64,000 nucleotides of DNA from assembly GCA_949292715.1 (NCBI GenBank), contig CASFAN010000002.1, forward strand, positions 3,534 through 67,533, read 5' to 3'. This document shows, one piece after another, positions 27,886 to 37,596 of this stretch (positions are counted from its first letter, which is position 1; the number at the start of each line of letters is the position of its first letter). A program made the position numbers and the translations under genes. This DNA is from an uncultured Eubacteriales bacterium. Its GTDB lineage: Bacteria > Bacillota > Clostridia > Christensenellales > Pumilibacteraceae. The notes under the pieces are model-generated. The model did not search any database and had not been told where the DNA came from. It worked only from the letters and a program-made list of their open reading frames with translations.

Positions 27886-28573
27886 TTATCCTTCCGAATC
27901 TCCTGTCTTTTTTACGATATTCCGCAATTATTTCTTTTATTTCTTCTCCCGAAAAATCGGGCCACAACGTATCGGTAAAAAACAATTCCGAATACGCCAT
28001 CTGATAAAGCAAAAAATTACTTATCCTGTGTTCTCCGCCCGTACGTATCAAAATATCGGGATCGGGAATGCCTCCGGTTTGCAAACAAGAAGCAAAAGTC
28101 GTTTCGTCCACTTTCCTGCCGCTTTCCACGCACTTATTTACGGCTTCAACAATCTCGGCTCTTCCGCCGTAATCGAAACAGATATTGAGTGTTCCGACGC
28201 TGCCGCCTTCCGTACGTTTGCACGCGTCGTCGACAAGATCGATAAACTCTTGATCGAAAGCACGTCTGCTTCCGAGTATGTTGAGCCGTATACCGCGTTT
28301 TATAAGTTTCGGAACATTGGATTTCAGATATCTGCGGAATAAGCCGAGCAGACCCGCGACTTCATCCTCGGGTCTGTTCCAGTTTTCGGTCGAAAACGCA
28401 AAAATAGTAAGATATTTCACACCGACAGAGAAAACTGTATCGGCTATTCTGTCAATAGTTTTAACGCCTTCCTTATGACCGAACGAACGCGGAAGCAAAC
28501 GTTTTTTTGCCCATCTGCCGTTCCCGTCCATTATTATCGCAATATGCGACGGCACTCCGTTATCAGATTTCAA
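27875..28573 (-). CDS. uppS: isoprenyl transferase (undecaprenyl diphosphate synthase)
   Basis: HIAIIMDGNGRWAKK...FSTENWNRP... The start is uncertain. I chose TTG 28571-28573, which overlaps frr by 11 nt. The ORF-track TTG at 28630 would overlap frr by 68 nt. Confidence 0.88.
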   Translation of the reverse strand: MKSDNGVPSHIAIIMDGNGRWAKKRLLPRSFGHKEGVKTIDRIADTVFSVGVKYLTIFAFSTENWNRPEDEVAGLLGLFRRYLKSNVPKLIKRGIRLNILGSRRAFDQEFIDLVDDACKRTEGGSVGTLNICFDYGGRAEIVEAVNKCVESGRKVDETTFASCLQTGGIPDPDILIRTGGEHRISNFLLYQMAYSELFFTDTLWPDFSGEEIKEIIAEYRKKDRRFGRINEE

Positions 28574-29129
28574 GGATCTCTTTTTCCTTGTCTTTGTAAA
28601 TTTCGTCTGCCGAAGCGATATACTTATCAAGCAGTTTCTGGACTTCCTTTTCGAACCCCGCGAGTTCGTCTTCCGAGAAGTTCATGTCTTTCTTGAGTTT
28701 TTTAGCTTTATCGAGGCAGTCGCGCCTTTCGTTTCTGAGAACGACTTTGCAATCCTCGGACATTTTTTTAACCTGTTTAACAAGATCTTTTCTGCGCTCT
28801 TCGGTAAGCTGCGGGAAAACAAGTCTGATCACCTTTCCGTCGTCGGTCGGGTTTATGCCGATGTCCGACGCGGCAATGGCCTTTACCGTTTCTTTCGTCG
28901 CGCTCTTATCGAAAAGATTGATAACAAGCATACGCGCCTCCGGCACGGTTATATTCGCCATCTGTTTAAGCGGCGTAGGAGATCCGTAATAATCAACGGT
29001 TATATTGTCCAGAATCTTAGGATTTGCTCTCCCCGCTCTCACCGAAGCATATTCGATGGAAAGATGATTGACAGCCTTTTCAAGGCTTTCTTCAAGATTC
29101 ATGAGTTCTTCTTCAAGTTCGGGTAACAT
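28563..29129 (-). CDS. frr: ribosome recycling factor
   Basis: 188 aa, SVRAGRANPKILDNITVDYYGSPTPLKQMANITV. Confidence 0.96.
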   Translation of the reverse strand: MLPELEEELMNLEESLEKAVNHLSIEYASVRAGRANPKILDNITVDYYGSPTPLKQMANITVPEARMLVINLFDKSATKETVKAIAASDIGINPTDDGKVIRLVFPQLTEERRKDLVKQVKKMSEDCKVVLRNERRDCLDKAKKLKKDMNFSEDELAGFEKEVQKLLDKYIASADEIYKDKEKEILEI

Positions 29130-29158
29130 ACTCCCCTCCGTTTATTTTAATTAAGAAA

Positions 29159-29187
29159 ATTATATCACGGTTTTACAAATTTTACAA
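29159..29187 (-). promoter_or_regulatory. sigma-A-like promoter upstream of frr (TTGTAA-17-TATAAT)
   Basis: Minus strand TTGTAAaatttgtaaaaccgtgaTATAAT, located in the pyrH-frr gap. Confidence 0.45.
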
Positions 29188-29191
29188 CCGT

Positions 29192-29887
29192 TTAGCCTAT
29201 ATACGTACCTATTTTATCACCCATAGCGGCTTTTATTATGCTGTCTTTTTCGCCGAGAGCAAAAGTTATAATGGGAATGTTATTCTCCATGCAAGTAGTA
29301 ATAGCCGTAGTATCCATGTGATTAAGACGAAGATTTATAACGTCAAGGTAAGATATCTTTTCGAATTTTTTGGCATTGGGATTCTTTTTGGGATCGCTGT
29401 CGTAAACGGCGTCAACGTTCTTCGCCATAAGCAAAGCGTTTGCGCCTATTTCCGCGGCGCGAAGTGCCGCTCCCGTATCCGTAGAGAAATAAGGATTTCC
29501 GGTACCGCAGGCAAGCAACACAATTCTTCCCATTTCGAAATGCCTGAGCGCCTTTCTGAGAATAAAAGGCTCGGCAACGGAAGGAATGGAAAGCGCGGTC
29601 TGCAATCTGGACGGAACTCCTTTCTTTTCGATCGCGTCCTGAAGCGCCAGCCCGTTCATGATCGTAGCAAGCATTCCCATATGATCGGCAGTAACTCTGT
29701 CCATATTCGTGCCCTGTCTTCCGCGCCAGAAGTTTCCGCCGCCCATGACGACAGCAACTTCCACTCCGCGGTTGTGGATCTCGATTATCTGAGACACCAC
29801 ATGCTCCACCATAACGGGATCGATACCGACTCCGTTTTCTCCTCCGAGCGCTTCGCCGCTTATCTTCAAAAGAACTCTTTTATACAT
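29192..29887 (-). CDS. pyrH: UMP kinase
   Basis: 231 aa, YKRVLLKISGEAL...VVMGGGNFWRG. Confidence 0.96.
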   Translation of the reverse strand: MYKRVLLKISGEALGGENGVGIDPVMVEHVVSQIIEIHNRGVEVAVVMGGGNFWRGRQGTNMDRVTADHMGMLATIMNGLALQDAIEKKGVPSRLQTALSIPSVAEPFILRKALRHFEMGRIVLLACGTGNPYFSTDTGAALRAAEIGANALLMAKNVDAVYDSDPKKNPNAKKFEKISYLDVINLRLNHMDTTAITTCMENNIPIITFALGEKDSIIKAAMGDKIGTYIG

Positions 29888-29909
29888 TTTTATTTCTCCA
29901 GTTATTCTC

Positions 29910-29940
29910 TTTTAAGAAAAAGGAACACCGAAGCGTTCCT
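29910..29940 (-). terminator. tsf terminator
   Basis: Minus strand AGGAACGC-TTCG-GTGTTCCT (UUCG tetraloop, one G.U pair) followed by TTTTCTT. Confidence 0.7.
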
Positions 29941-29949
29941 TTATTCGTT

Positions 29950-30873
29950 TTATTTGCCGGACATCTTAGCAACTTCTTCCGCCAGATTGTCAGTTTTCTT
30001 TTCAAGACCTTCGCCCATGACGAGACGAACGAACTTAACGATTCTGACATTCATTCCTGCCGACTTAGCCACGTTTTTCACGAGCTGATCGACGGTGATC
30101 GAAGAATCTTTTGCAAATGCCTGATCGACGAGGCATATTTCTTTAAGACTCTTCTGCAAACGTCCGCCAAGCATCTTTTCGAGAATAGCGTCGGGTTTGC
30201 TTGCGTTTTTGGGATCGTTCTTCGCCTGCGCGAGAAGAATTGCTTTTTCCTTTTCGATATATTCGGCGGGTACTTCGCTGTCATATACATAAAGCGGAGA
30301 GAACGCCGCGATATGCATTGCGATGTCGTGAGCCATTTCTCTTATTTCGTCTGTAGCTGGTTTATCCGTTTCGATTTCGAGCATAACGCCTATCTTACCG
30401 CCGTTATGAAGGTATATCTCTTCGACGCCTTCGCCGGAAAGAGTAAATTTCTCGAAACGACGAGCCGTTATCTTTTCGCCGCACTTGGAAGTTTCGGCAT
30501 TCATCAGCTCTGTTATCGTGCTTCCGTCAACCTTCGTTTCCAACCATTCTTCGACGGTAGCGGGATTGTTGTCAGCCACTGCCTTAGCCGCTTTCTTAAC
30601 GAGTTCTCTGAACCCGTCGGTATTGGCTACGAAATCGGTTTCGCAGTTAAGTTCCGCAAGCACGCCCGTCTTAGCGTCGGTATAACCGCCGATAAGACCT
30701 TCGCTTGCGATACGGCTTGCTTTTTTAGCCGCGATATTAACGCCTATCTCTCTGAGATATTCGATTGCTTTTTCTTTGTCTCCGTCAGAATGAACAAGTG
30801 CTTTTTTGCAATCCATCATTCCTGCGCCGGTGATTTCGCGGAGTTCCGCAACGTCTTTTGCAGTAAAACTCAT
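29950..30873 (-). CDS. tsf: elongation factor Ts
   Basis: 307 aa, AKDVAELREITGAGMMDCKKAL. Confidence 0.97.
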   Translation of the reverse strand: MSFTAKDVAELREITGAGMMDCKKALVHSDGDKEKAIEYLREIGVNIAAKKASRIASEGLIGGYTDAKTGVLAELNCETDFVANTDGFRELVKKAAKAVADNNPATVEEWLETKVDGSTITELMNAETSKCGEKITARRFEKFTLSGEGVEEIYLHNGGKIGVMLEIETDKPATDEIREMAHDIAMHIAAFSPLYVYDSEVPAEYIEKEKAILLAQAKNDPKNASKPDAILEKMLGGRLQKSLKEICLVDQAFAKDSSITVDQLVKNVAKSAGMNVRIVKFVRLVMGEGLEKKTDNLAEEVAKMSGK

Positions 30874-30888
30874 TATATTATCCTCCGA

Positions 30889-31653
30889 TTATTCAGCATC
30901 CTGTGCGGGCATTTCAGCGGTTTCTTCCGCTGCGGCTTCCTGCGCACGCTTTTCGACAAGCGCTTCTTCGCCTTCTCTTGCCTCGATAACGGCGTCTGCC
31001 ATAGCGCTTGCGATAAGCTTTATAGCGCGGATAGCGTCATCGTTACTGGGAATTACGTAATCGACCTCATCGGGATCGCAGTTGGTATCTACCATTCCGA
31101 CAATGGGAATATTCAGCTTGTGTGCTTCCGCTACCGCAAGATGTTCCTTCTTAGGATCTACGACGAAGATCACGCCGGGAAGTGTACGCATTTCTTTGAT
31201 ACCGCCGAGATTCGCTTCGAGCTTGTCTCTTTCCTGCATAAGCTTCATGACTTCCTTCTTCGGAAGAAGGGAGAACTCGTTCATGCTCTCCATCTGATTG
31301 ATTTTGTTGAGTCTGTCGATTCTTGAACGGATCGTGGTAAAGTTGGTAAGCGTACCGCCGAGCCAACGTTCGGTGATATAATGCATTCCGCAACGCTGAG
31401 CTTCGGAAGTGATGGCTTCCTGAGCCTGCTTCTTGGTACCTACGAAAAGTACGCTCTTTCCGCTGTCGACAACGCTCTTTATGAAGTTATAAGCTTCGTC
31501 GATAAGTCCCACGGTCTTTTCGAGATTGATTATATGAATATCGTTTCTCGCCGTGTAGATGTACTTCTTCATCTTGGGATTCCACTTTCTGGTTGCATGA
31601 CCGAAGTGAACGCCCGCTTCAAGCAACTGTTTCATTGAAACTACGTTTGCCAT
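30889..31653 (-). CDS. rpsB: 30S ribosomal protein S2
   Basis: Start set at ATG 31651-31653 ([19 protein letters not shown]), preceded by AGGAGGA. The 33-codon ORF extension was rejected. Confidence 0.96.
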   Translation of the reverse strand: MANVVSMKQLLEAGVHFGHATRKWNPKMKKYIYTARNDIHIINLEKTVGLIDEAYNFIKSVVDSGKSVLFVGTKKQAQEAITSEAQRCGMHYITERWLGGTLTNFTTIRSRIDRLNKINQMESMNEFSLLPKKEVMKLMQERDKLEANLGGIKEMRTLPGVIFVVDPKKEHLAVAEAHKLNIPIVGMVDTNCDPDEVDYVIPSNDDAIRAIKLIASAMADAVIEAREGEEALVEKRAQEAAAEETAEMPAQDAE

Positions 31654-31760
31654 TCTGTCCTCCTGTTTTTCCTCCCCGACGCAAAGTGGATTTACCCCGT
31701 AAACAGACAAAAGTCCGCACAGTAAGGGCATACGCGCCGAGTGTGTATTCAAACGTTAAG

Positions 31761-31789
31761 ATTATATCATAACAAAAGCCGAAATGCAA
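31761..31789 (-). promoter_or_regulatory. sigma-A-like promoter of rpsB-tsf (TTGCAT-17-TATAAT) with a ~100-nt leader
   Basis: Minus strand TTGCATttcggcttttgttatgaTATAAT, with an AT-rich UP-like region upstream. Confidence 0.5.
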
Positions 31790-31880
31790 TCGTTTTTATG
31801 CCGTATTTTTTTATATTTGCGTTATTTTTATTAATAATCGCAATGTAAACTCGTCTACTCATAGCATTTTCAATTGCGTG

Positions 31881-31910
31881 AAAAAACGCGCGGTGTCTGC
31901 CGCGCGTTTT
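31881..31910 (-). terminator. terminator after the ruvX-DUF1292 pair
   Basis: AAAACGCGCGG-6 nt loop-CCGCGCGTTTT with a T-run on the minus strand, 20 nt after the stop at 31930. Confidence 0.75.
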
Positions 31911-31929
31911 CAGCCATTCTATTCTTCTG

Positions 31930-32295
31930 TTATTCTTTTTCTTCGCAGTCTTCTGCGGAAGCGCATCCGGCGCAATTTCCGTCGCAAGCGTCCGCGTCTG
32001 CGGTAGCGCGAAGATATTCCTCGAATACCGCTTCCTGAACCGCCTCGTCTTCGACGGGATAAAAATAATCCTCGTCTTCGTTTTCGGGTTCGCCGTCTTC
32101 CTTGCCGCCGATTTTAAAAATAAGCACTTCGTCTTCGGCAATCCCCTCTATCTCTTCCGCAGGCTGAAGAAGAGCATAAAGTTCGTCACGATACTCTACT
32201 ACCGCAACCTCATAAAAATCCATAGGATTATCGTCCTCATCGAACAGAGTAATGATCTCATCATCGTCGATAAGCTGTACTTTTTCGTCTGCCAT
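31930..32295 (-). CDS. DUF1292-family protein with an extra acidic Cys-rich C-terminal tail
   Basis: 121 aa. ITLFDEDDNPMDFYEVAVVEYRDELYALLQP is typical of DUF1292 (YrzB-like) proteins downstream of ruvX. The tail is ADACDGNCAGCASAEDCEEKE. AAGGAG precedes the ATG. Confidence 0.8.
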   Translation of the reverse strand: MADEKVQLIDDDEIITLFDEDDNPMDFYEVAVVEYRDELYALLQPAEEIEGIAEDEVLIFKIGGKEDGEPENEDEDYFYPVEDEAVQEAVFEEYLRATADADACDGNCAGCASAEDCEEKE

Positions 32296-32305
32296 ATTCT
32301 ACTCC

Positions 32306-32719
32306 TTATCGCCTTGCGGCGTTCATATAGTCATTAAGTATTATCTGCGCCGACAGTTTGTCGGTATACTTTTTCATATCACGCTTCGCGACTCCGCCCA
32401 TTGCCAAATATTCTTCCGCCTGTACCGTACTTAACCTCTCGTCGTAATACTTTACCTCGAGTCCGGTAACTTTGGCAACGACTCTGCCGAAAGCTCGCGT
32501 TTTTTCCGCTCTCTCGCCTTCCGTTCCGTCCGGCATAAGCGGAAGTCCGATCACGATAAGCCCCACTTTATCCCTTTCAGCAATTTTTGCCGAAATATCT
32601 ATGCCCTCGCGCATGCTTTTTATCTTCACGGAATCAAGCGGGAAAGCAATGATTTCGTTTTCGTCGCATTCGGCAAAGCCTATGTATCTGTCTCCGTAAT
32701 CTATTCCGAGAATTTTCAT
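32306..32719 (-). CDS. ruvX: Holliday-junction-resolvase-like RNase RuvX/YqgF
   Basis: 137 aa, MKILGIDYGDRYIGFAECD... Confidence 0.92.
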   Translation of the reverse strand: MKILGIDYGDRYIGFAECDENEIIAFPLDSVKIKSMREGIDISAKIAERDKVGLIVIGLPLMPDGTEGERAEKTRAFGRVVAKVTGLEVKYYDERLSTVQAEEYLAMGGVAKRDMKKYTDKLSAQIILNDYMNAARR

Positions 32720-32727
32720 TTTAGGTT

Positions 32728-32756
32728 ATTATATCACAGAAAGGATAAATTGTAAA
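32728..32756 (-). promoter_or_regulatory. sigma-A-like promoter (TTTACA-17-TATAAT) ending 8 nt before the ruvX ATG
   Basis: Minus strand TTTACAatttatcctttctgtgaTATAATaacctaaaATG. No Shine-Dalgarno is present, and an upstream terminator at 32805-32830 isolates the unit. Confidence 0.5.
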
Positions 32757-32804
32757 GAATTTAACGACACAATTATTATAAGTGCCTTTTGCCGCATAAA
32801 ACGC

Positions 32805-32830
32805 AAAAAAGCGGGACAAACCGCTTTTTT
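32805..32830 (-). terminator. terminator after the nifS-like / Cys-rich gene pair
   Basis: AAAAAAGCGG-gacaaa-CCGCTTTTTT, 14 nt after the stop at 32844. Confidence 0.75.
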
Positions 32831-32843
32831 GCAAATCTCAACA

Positions 32844-33131
32844 TTAATCGCAGTCGCAATCTTCGCCGCATTCGCATTTGTTTTCACGGCATTCGCCGTT
32901 TTCACAATTGCAATTTTCCCCGCGATTTTCATGATTTCCGCAGTCTTCTCCGCACTCGCATTCGGACTTGTTTTCCATTCCGTCCGAACCGTTATGTTTT
33001 TTCATGGACTGCATCTTTTTTTCTGCGGCGTTCGAAACTTTATCGATCATTTTTCTGCATTCTTTGCAGTTGACCGCAAGCAACGCACCTGCCGCCATTC
33101 CTGCGGCGAGTCCTATAATCAATCCTTTCAT
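32844..33131 (-). CDS. small membrane-anchored (YtxH-like N-terminus) protein with a metallothionein-like Cys/Glu-rich tail
   Basis: 95 aa from ATG 33129-33131, preceded by GGAGG. Sequence MKGLIIGLAAGMAAGALLAVN...SECECGEDCGNHENRGENCNCENGECRENKCECGEDCDCD has 13 Cys. Confidence 0.65.
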   Translation of the reverse strand: MKGLIIGLAAGMAAGALLAVNCKECRKMIDKVSNAAEKKMQSMKKHNGSDGMENKSECECGEDCGNHENRGENCNCENGECRENKCECGEDCDCD

Positions 33132-33199
33132 ATCGATACCTCCGCTTATATTTTGAAGCGCAAAGGCATCCGTTATGCAAGAATTACAAGGTATACAGT

Positions 33200-34357
33200 T
33201 TACTTTTTTTGCAAATTTCTCAGATCGGCTACGCAATCCTTAATTATCGAAGCGGCTTCATCGAGTTCTTCGCTCGTAGTATATTTTCCGAGAGAAATGC
33301 GCAGCGAAGCTTTCGCCTGCCGCCTGCCGAGTCCGAGAGCAAGCAGAACGTGAGAAGGATCGAGAGATCCCGACGAACAAGCCGATCCCGAAGAGCAAGC
33401 CACGCCGCGCCTGTCGAGAAGATGAAGAAGCGCGTCGTCTCCGAGACCGCCTACCGTTATATTGATATTCTGCGGTACTCGCGCGGTCATATCGCCGTTT
33501 ATGCTTATATCGGGTATTTCGGTTATTATTTTTTTTATGAAAGCGTCGCGCAAATGTCTTATTCTTCGATTATTTTCATCTCTTTCGAGAGCGGCTTTCT
33601 TAATTGCGGCGGCAAAGCCTACCGCGCCCGAAACGTTTGTCGTCCCGCCGCGCATAGATCTTTCCTGATGCCCGCCGCATATAAGTCTTTCCGTTTTTAT
33701 GCCTTTTTTCACATAAAGCGCGCCGATACCTTTGGGACCGTAAATCTTATGCGCGGACATTGACATCATATCTACGGCAGTATCTTTAACGTCTATATTT
33801 TCACTGCATACAGCCTGTACCGCATCGGTGTGAAACAACGCTCCGTATGAATGAGCGATCCCTGCAAGGCGCTTTATATCCTGCACCGTGCCGATTTCGT
33901 TGTTGGCAGTCATAACCGAAACAAGCGCGGCTCCGCTTTTTAAGGCGTTTTCAAGTATTTCGGGTTCAACGATTCCGTCCCGATTCACAGGAAGAATAAC
34001 GTTTTCAAATCCGAGTTTTTCAGTAAACTCCACGGATTCAAGCAACGACGGATGTTCTATGGCAGACGTAATAATACGTTTTTTTATGTTTTTTTGCAAA
34101 GATTCGAACGCAACGCCTTTTATCGCCCAGTTATTGGCTTCCGTTCCGCCCGAAGTGAAATATATTTCCGTGTGCGATGCATTTATAGCGTCGGCTATCG
34201 TTCTCCTCGCCTCGTCAACCGCGGCAGCCGCGGCGCGTCCGTAGAAATGCACGGAATCGGCATTCCCGAACACATCGGTCATATACGGTTTCATTGCTTC
34301 CGCGACATCGCGATCAATCGGCGTAGTAGCGGAATAATCAAGATATATTCTTTTCAT
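33200..34357 (-). CDS. nifS: NifS/IscS-type cysteine desulfurase
   Basis: 385 aa with PLP-Lys context SAHKIYGPKGIGALYV and active-site loop SSGSACSSGSLDPSHVL. Confidence 0.92.
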   Translation of the reverse strand: MKRIYLDYSATTPIDRDVAEAMKPYMTDVFGNADSVHFYGRAAAAAVDEARRTIADAINASHTEIYFTSGGTEANNWAIKGVAFESLQKNIKKRIITSAIEHPSLLESVEFTEKLGFENVILPVNRDGIVEPEILENALKSGAALVSVMTANNEIGTVQDIKRLAGIAHSYGALFHTDAVQAVCSENIDVKDTAVDMMSMSAHKIYGPKGIGALYVKKGIKTERLICGGHQERSMRGGTTNVSGAVGFAAAIKKAALERDENNRRIRHLRDAFIKKIITEIPDISINGDMTARVPQNINITVGGLGDDALLHLLDRRGVACSSGSACSSGSLDPSHVLLALGLGRRQAKASLRISLGKYTTSEELDEAASIIKDCVADLRNLQKK

Positions 34358-34409
34358 CGTAGCCTCGTCCGCATATATCTGTTTCAGATAAACGCAAATC
34401 TTTTAAGAT

Positions 34410-34438
34410 ATTATACGACGTAAACGAATTTATGTCAA
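34410..34438 (-). promoter_or_regulatory. consensus sigma-A promoter (TTGACA-17-TATAAT) of the nifS-like operon
   Basis: Minus strand TTGACAtaaattcgtttacgtcgTATAAT, about 50 nt upstream of the ATG. Confidence 0.6.
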
Positions 34439-34459
34439 CGATTGCATCCCAGAACGACA

Positions 34460-34495
34460 AAATCGGACAAATTACCAAAGTCATTTGTCCGATTT
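34460..34495 (-). terminator. terminator after glyA
   Basis: 13-bp stem AAATCGGACAAAT / ATTTGTCCGATTT with a 10-nt loop and a weak T-tail, 21 nt after the glyA stop. Confidence 0.55.
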
Positions 34496-34516
34496 GTTGC
34501 TCATGATTTTCTTTTA

Positions 34517-35764
34517 TCAGCCAAGATCGGGATAAAGCGGAAACTTTTCGCAAAGTTTTGCTACTTCCGCCGACACATAATCAAGCGCGGCTTCTTTTTC
34601 CTTTATAACTTTGCTGATAAGTCGTGCGATTATTTTCATTTCGGGTTCTTTCATTCCCCTGCTCGTAGCTGCGGGAACGCCTACTCTGATTCCGCTGGTA
34701 ACAAAAGGTTTCTGCGGATCGTTGGGAATCGCATTCTTATTTACCGTAATGTGACAGTCGTCGAGCAAATGTTCGAGTTCCTTGCCCGTCACATTGTTCT
34801 TCACGAGCTTGATAAGCATAAGATGATTGTCGGTACCGCCCGAAACCATGTCGATATCCTGAGCCTTGAATTCTTCCGCCATAGCGCGCGCGTTTCTGAC
34901 GACCTGTCTCTGATACTCTTTGAATTCGTCCGAAAGCGCTTCTTTGAATGCAACGGCTTTACCCGCTATTACATGCATGAGCGGTCCGCCCTGAGTCCCC
35001 GGGAAAATAGCTTTGTCTATCTTCTTGGCAAGTTCTTCGCTGTTGGTAAGAATCATGCCGCCGCGCGGTCCGCGAAGGGTTTTATGCGTGGTAGTGGTGA
35101 CTACGTCGGCATACGGGAACGGCGAAGGATGTTCGCCGGCAACTATAAGTCCTGCGATGTGAGCTACGTCTACCATAAAGTATGCTCCCACTTTGTCGCA
35201 GATCTCACGGAAACGCTTGAAATCAATCACACGCGGGTATGCGCTTGCCCCCGCAAGAATGAGTTTAGGCTTACATTCAAGCGCAAGTCTTTCGACTTCG
35301 TCGTAATCTATCGTTTCGGTTTCCGCGTTCAGACCGTAAGGTACGACGTTATACTGCTTACCGCTGTAATTAACGGGACTGCCGTGCGTAAGATGTCCGC
35401 CGCAGGCAAGACTCATTCCCATGAACGTATCGCCTGTTTCGAGAAGCGCGAAGAACGCCGCGTGATTGGCGTTTGCACCGCTGTGAGGCTGAACGTTAGC
35501 GTATTTGCAGCCGAAAAGCTGCTTTGCGCGCTCTATTGCGAGTGTTTCCACTTCGTCCACATACACGCAACCGCCGTAATAGCGTTTTCCGGGATAGCCT
35601 TCGGCATACTTGTTCGTAAGATGCGAGCCTACGGCTTCCATGACCGCGCGCGAAACAAAGTTTTCGCTTGCGATCAGTTCTATATTTCCCTGCTGGCGTT
35701 TAAGTTCGCGCAGCATGGAATCTGCAACTTCTCTGTCCGTTTTTCCGATAAGTTCAAGGTCCAT
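34517..35764 (-). CDS. glyA: serine hydroxymethyltransferase
   Basis: 415 aa, IELIASENF...[14 protein letters not shown]...[14 protein letters not shown]. Confidence 0.98.
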   Translation of the reverse strand: MDLELIGKTDREVADSMLRELKRQQGNIELIASENFVSRAVMEAVGSHLTNKYAEGYPGKRYYGGCVYVDEVETLAIERAKQLFGCKYANVQPHSGANANHAAFFALLETGDTFMGMSLACGGHLTHGSPVNYSGKQYNVVPYGLNAETETIDYDEVERLALECKPKLILAGASAYPRVIDFKRFREICDKVGAYFMVDVAHIAGLIVAGEHPSPFPYADVVTTTTHKTLRGPRGGMILTNSEELAKKIDKAIFPGTQGGPLMHVIAGKAVAFKEALSDEFKEYQRQVVRNARAMAEEFKAQDIDMVSGGTDNHLMLIKLVKNNVTGKELEHLLDDCHITVNKNAIPNDPQKPFVTSGIRVGVPAATSRGMKEPEMKIIARLISKVIKEKEAALDYVSAEVAKLCEKFPLYPDLG

Positions 35765-35784
35765 CTTTATTATCTCCTGTTTAT

Positions 35785-37596
35785 TTATGCCTGAGGCATT
35801 TCTACTTTAAGTGCAAGTTCTTTAAGCTGTTTGTCTTCAACCGGCGAAGGCGATTCGCTCATAAGGTCGGACGCATTCTGTACTTTGGGGAATGCAATAA
35901 CGTCCTTTATATCCTCAGTGCCCGAAAGCAGCATGACGAGTCTGTCAAGACCGAATGCAAGACCGCCGTGAGGAGGAGTGCCGTATTTAAGCGCGGTTAC
36001 GAAGAATCCGAATTTTGCGGCAATCTCCTTGTCGGTAAATCCGAGCAGATTGAATATTTTGTTCTGAATTTCCTGAGAGTGTATTCTCACGCTGCCGCCG
36101 CCCGCTTCGTATCCGTTGATGACGAAATCGTAAGCCTGAGAACGCACTTTGGAAGGATCGGTGTCGAGCAAAGGCAGATCTTCTTCCATGGGCATTGTAA
36201 ACGGATGATGTTCCGCCACGTATCTCTTTTCGGTTTCGTCATAATGGAACATCGGGAATTCGGTCACCCAAAGGAAATCATAGCTGTTTTCGGGAATAAG
36301 CTTTCCTATTCTCGCGAGTTTAAGACGAAGAGCGCCGAGCGATGCAAACACTATTTCGTCGGTATCCGCGCCGAAGAAAATTATATCGCCCACTTCGCCG
36401 TTAGCGCGCTCGACGATCTTTGAGGTAAGCTCGTCGCCGAGGAACTTGATGATCGGAGACTGAAGTCCGTCTTCTTTGACCGCTATCCATGCAAGTCCTT
36501 TTGCTTTATAAGCTTTAACGAAAGGAAGAAGCGCGTCGACGTCCTTTCTCGACAGTATAGCCTGATCGCCGCCTTTGTAGAAGCCTTTCGCGTTGATCAT
36601 TCTGACGCTGCCGCCGCGCTCGATTGCACCGGAGAACACCTGGAATCCGCAGCCTTTGACAAGGTCGGAAACGTCGATAAGCTCGAGACCGAAACGGGTA
36701 TCCGGCTTATCCGATCCGAAGCGTTCCATTGCCTCCTTGTATGTCATGCGGCGTATTTTTTCCGGAAGATCGATGTTCTTCGTTTCCTTGAATACTTTAC
36801 GCATCATGCCTTCGGCTATGCTCATAACGTCTTCCTGATCGGATACGAAAGACATTTCCATATCTATCTGGGTAAACTCGGGCTGACGGTCGGCGCGAAG
36901 ATCTTCGTCACGGAAACATTTCGCGATCTGGTAATACTTGTCCATACCGCTTATCATAAGTATCTGTTTATAAAGCTGCGGCGACTGAGGAAGCGCGTAA
37001 AATTCTCCCTTATGCACGCGACTGGGTACGAGATAATCTCTTGCTCCTTCGGGCGTGGAACGGCAAAGGAACGGCGTTTCGATTTCGATGAAACCGTTAT
37101 CGTCCATATAATTACGCGCCGCATGGCACACTTTGCTGCGAAGCATAAGAATTTCCTGCAATCTCGGAGTACGAAGTTCGAGATATCTGTATTTAAGTCG
37201 GGTTGCATCGTTGACGCCCGCCGCTTCTGAAATACCGAAAGGCAGATTTTCAGCCTCGGAAAGAATTTTAAGCTCGCTTGCGAGTATTTCTATGTTGCCC
37301 GTTTTAAGACGGGGATTAACGCGGTCTTCGTCCCTCGTTCTGACCGTACCGCGAACAGCGATAACATATTCGGTTCTGATCGTTTCCGCTTTCGCAAATC
37401 CTTCCTCACCTATCGATGAAAGGTCGAACACCACCTGCATGATGCCGCTTCTGTCTCTGAGGTCGATGAATATAAGTCCGCCGTGGTTGCGCCAGCTGTC
37501 CGTCCAGCCGGTGACGGTTACTTCCTGTCCCACGTTTTTCACGGATATGTCCGTGCAATACGCGGATCTTTTCATTCCGCTCATAAGTTCTGCCAT
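35785..37596 (-). CDS. aspS: aspartate--tRNA ligase
   Basis: 603 aa with an OB anticodon domain and class II motifs ([34 protein letters not shown]). Confidence 0.97.
   Translation of the reverse strand: MAELMSGMKRSAYCTDISVKNVGQEVTVTGWTDSWRNHGGLIFIDLRDRSGIMQVVFDLSSIGEEGFAKAETIRTEYVIAVRGTVRTRDEDRVNPRLKTGNIEILASELKILSEAENLPFGISEAAGVNDATRLKYRYLELRTPRLQEILMLRSKVCHAARNYMDDNGFIEIETPFLCRSTPEGARDYLVPSRVHKGEFYALPQSPQLYKQILMISGMDKYYQIAKCFRDEDLRADRQPEFTQIDMEMSFVSDQEDVMSIAEGMMRKVFKETKNIDLPEKIRRMTYKEAMERFGSDKPDTRFGLELIDVSDLVKGCGFQVFSGAIERGGSVRMINAKGFYKGGDQAILSRKDVDALLPFVKAYKAKGLAWIAVKEDGLQSPIIKFLGDELTSKIVERANGEVGDIIFFGADTDEIVFASLGALRLKLARIGKLIPENSYDFLWVTEFPMFHYDETEKRYVAEHHPFTMPMEEDLPLLDTDPSKVRSQAYDFVINGYEAGGGSVRIHSQEIQNKIFNLLGFTDKEIAAKFGFFVTALKYGTPPHGGLAFGLDRLVMLLSGTEDIKDVIAFPKVQNASDLMSESPSPVEDKQLKELALKVEMPQA

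Noticed and set aside
28563-28630. 68-nt overlap between frr and the longest uppS ORF, as a possible recoding or frameshift site
   Set aside because: A downstream in-frame TTG (28571-28573) gives a normal 11-nt overlap and a UppS N-terminus of ordinary length. No slippery sequence is evident.
31767-32141. 124-aa minus-strand ORF overlapping the rpsB promoter region and the DUF1292 gene
   Set aside because: It is out of frame with the well-supported DUF1292 gene, runs through a strong terminator, and has a basic low-complexity sequence.
34442-35794. 450-aa plus-strand ORF antisense to glyA
   Set aside because: It is a shadow ORF of a very well conserved gene (SHMT). It has no ribosome-binding site and its composition is typical of antisense frames.
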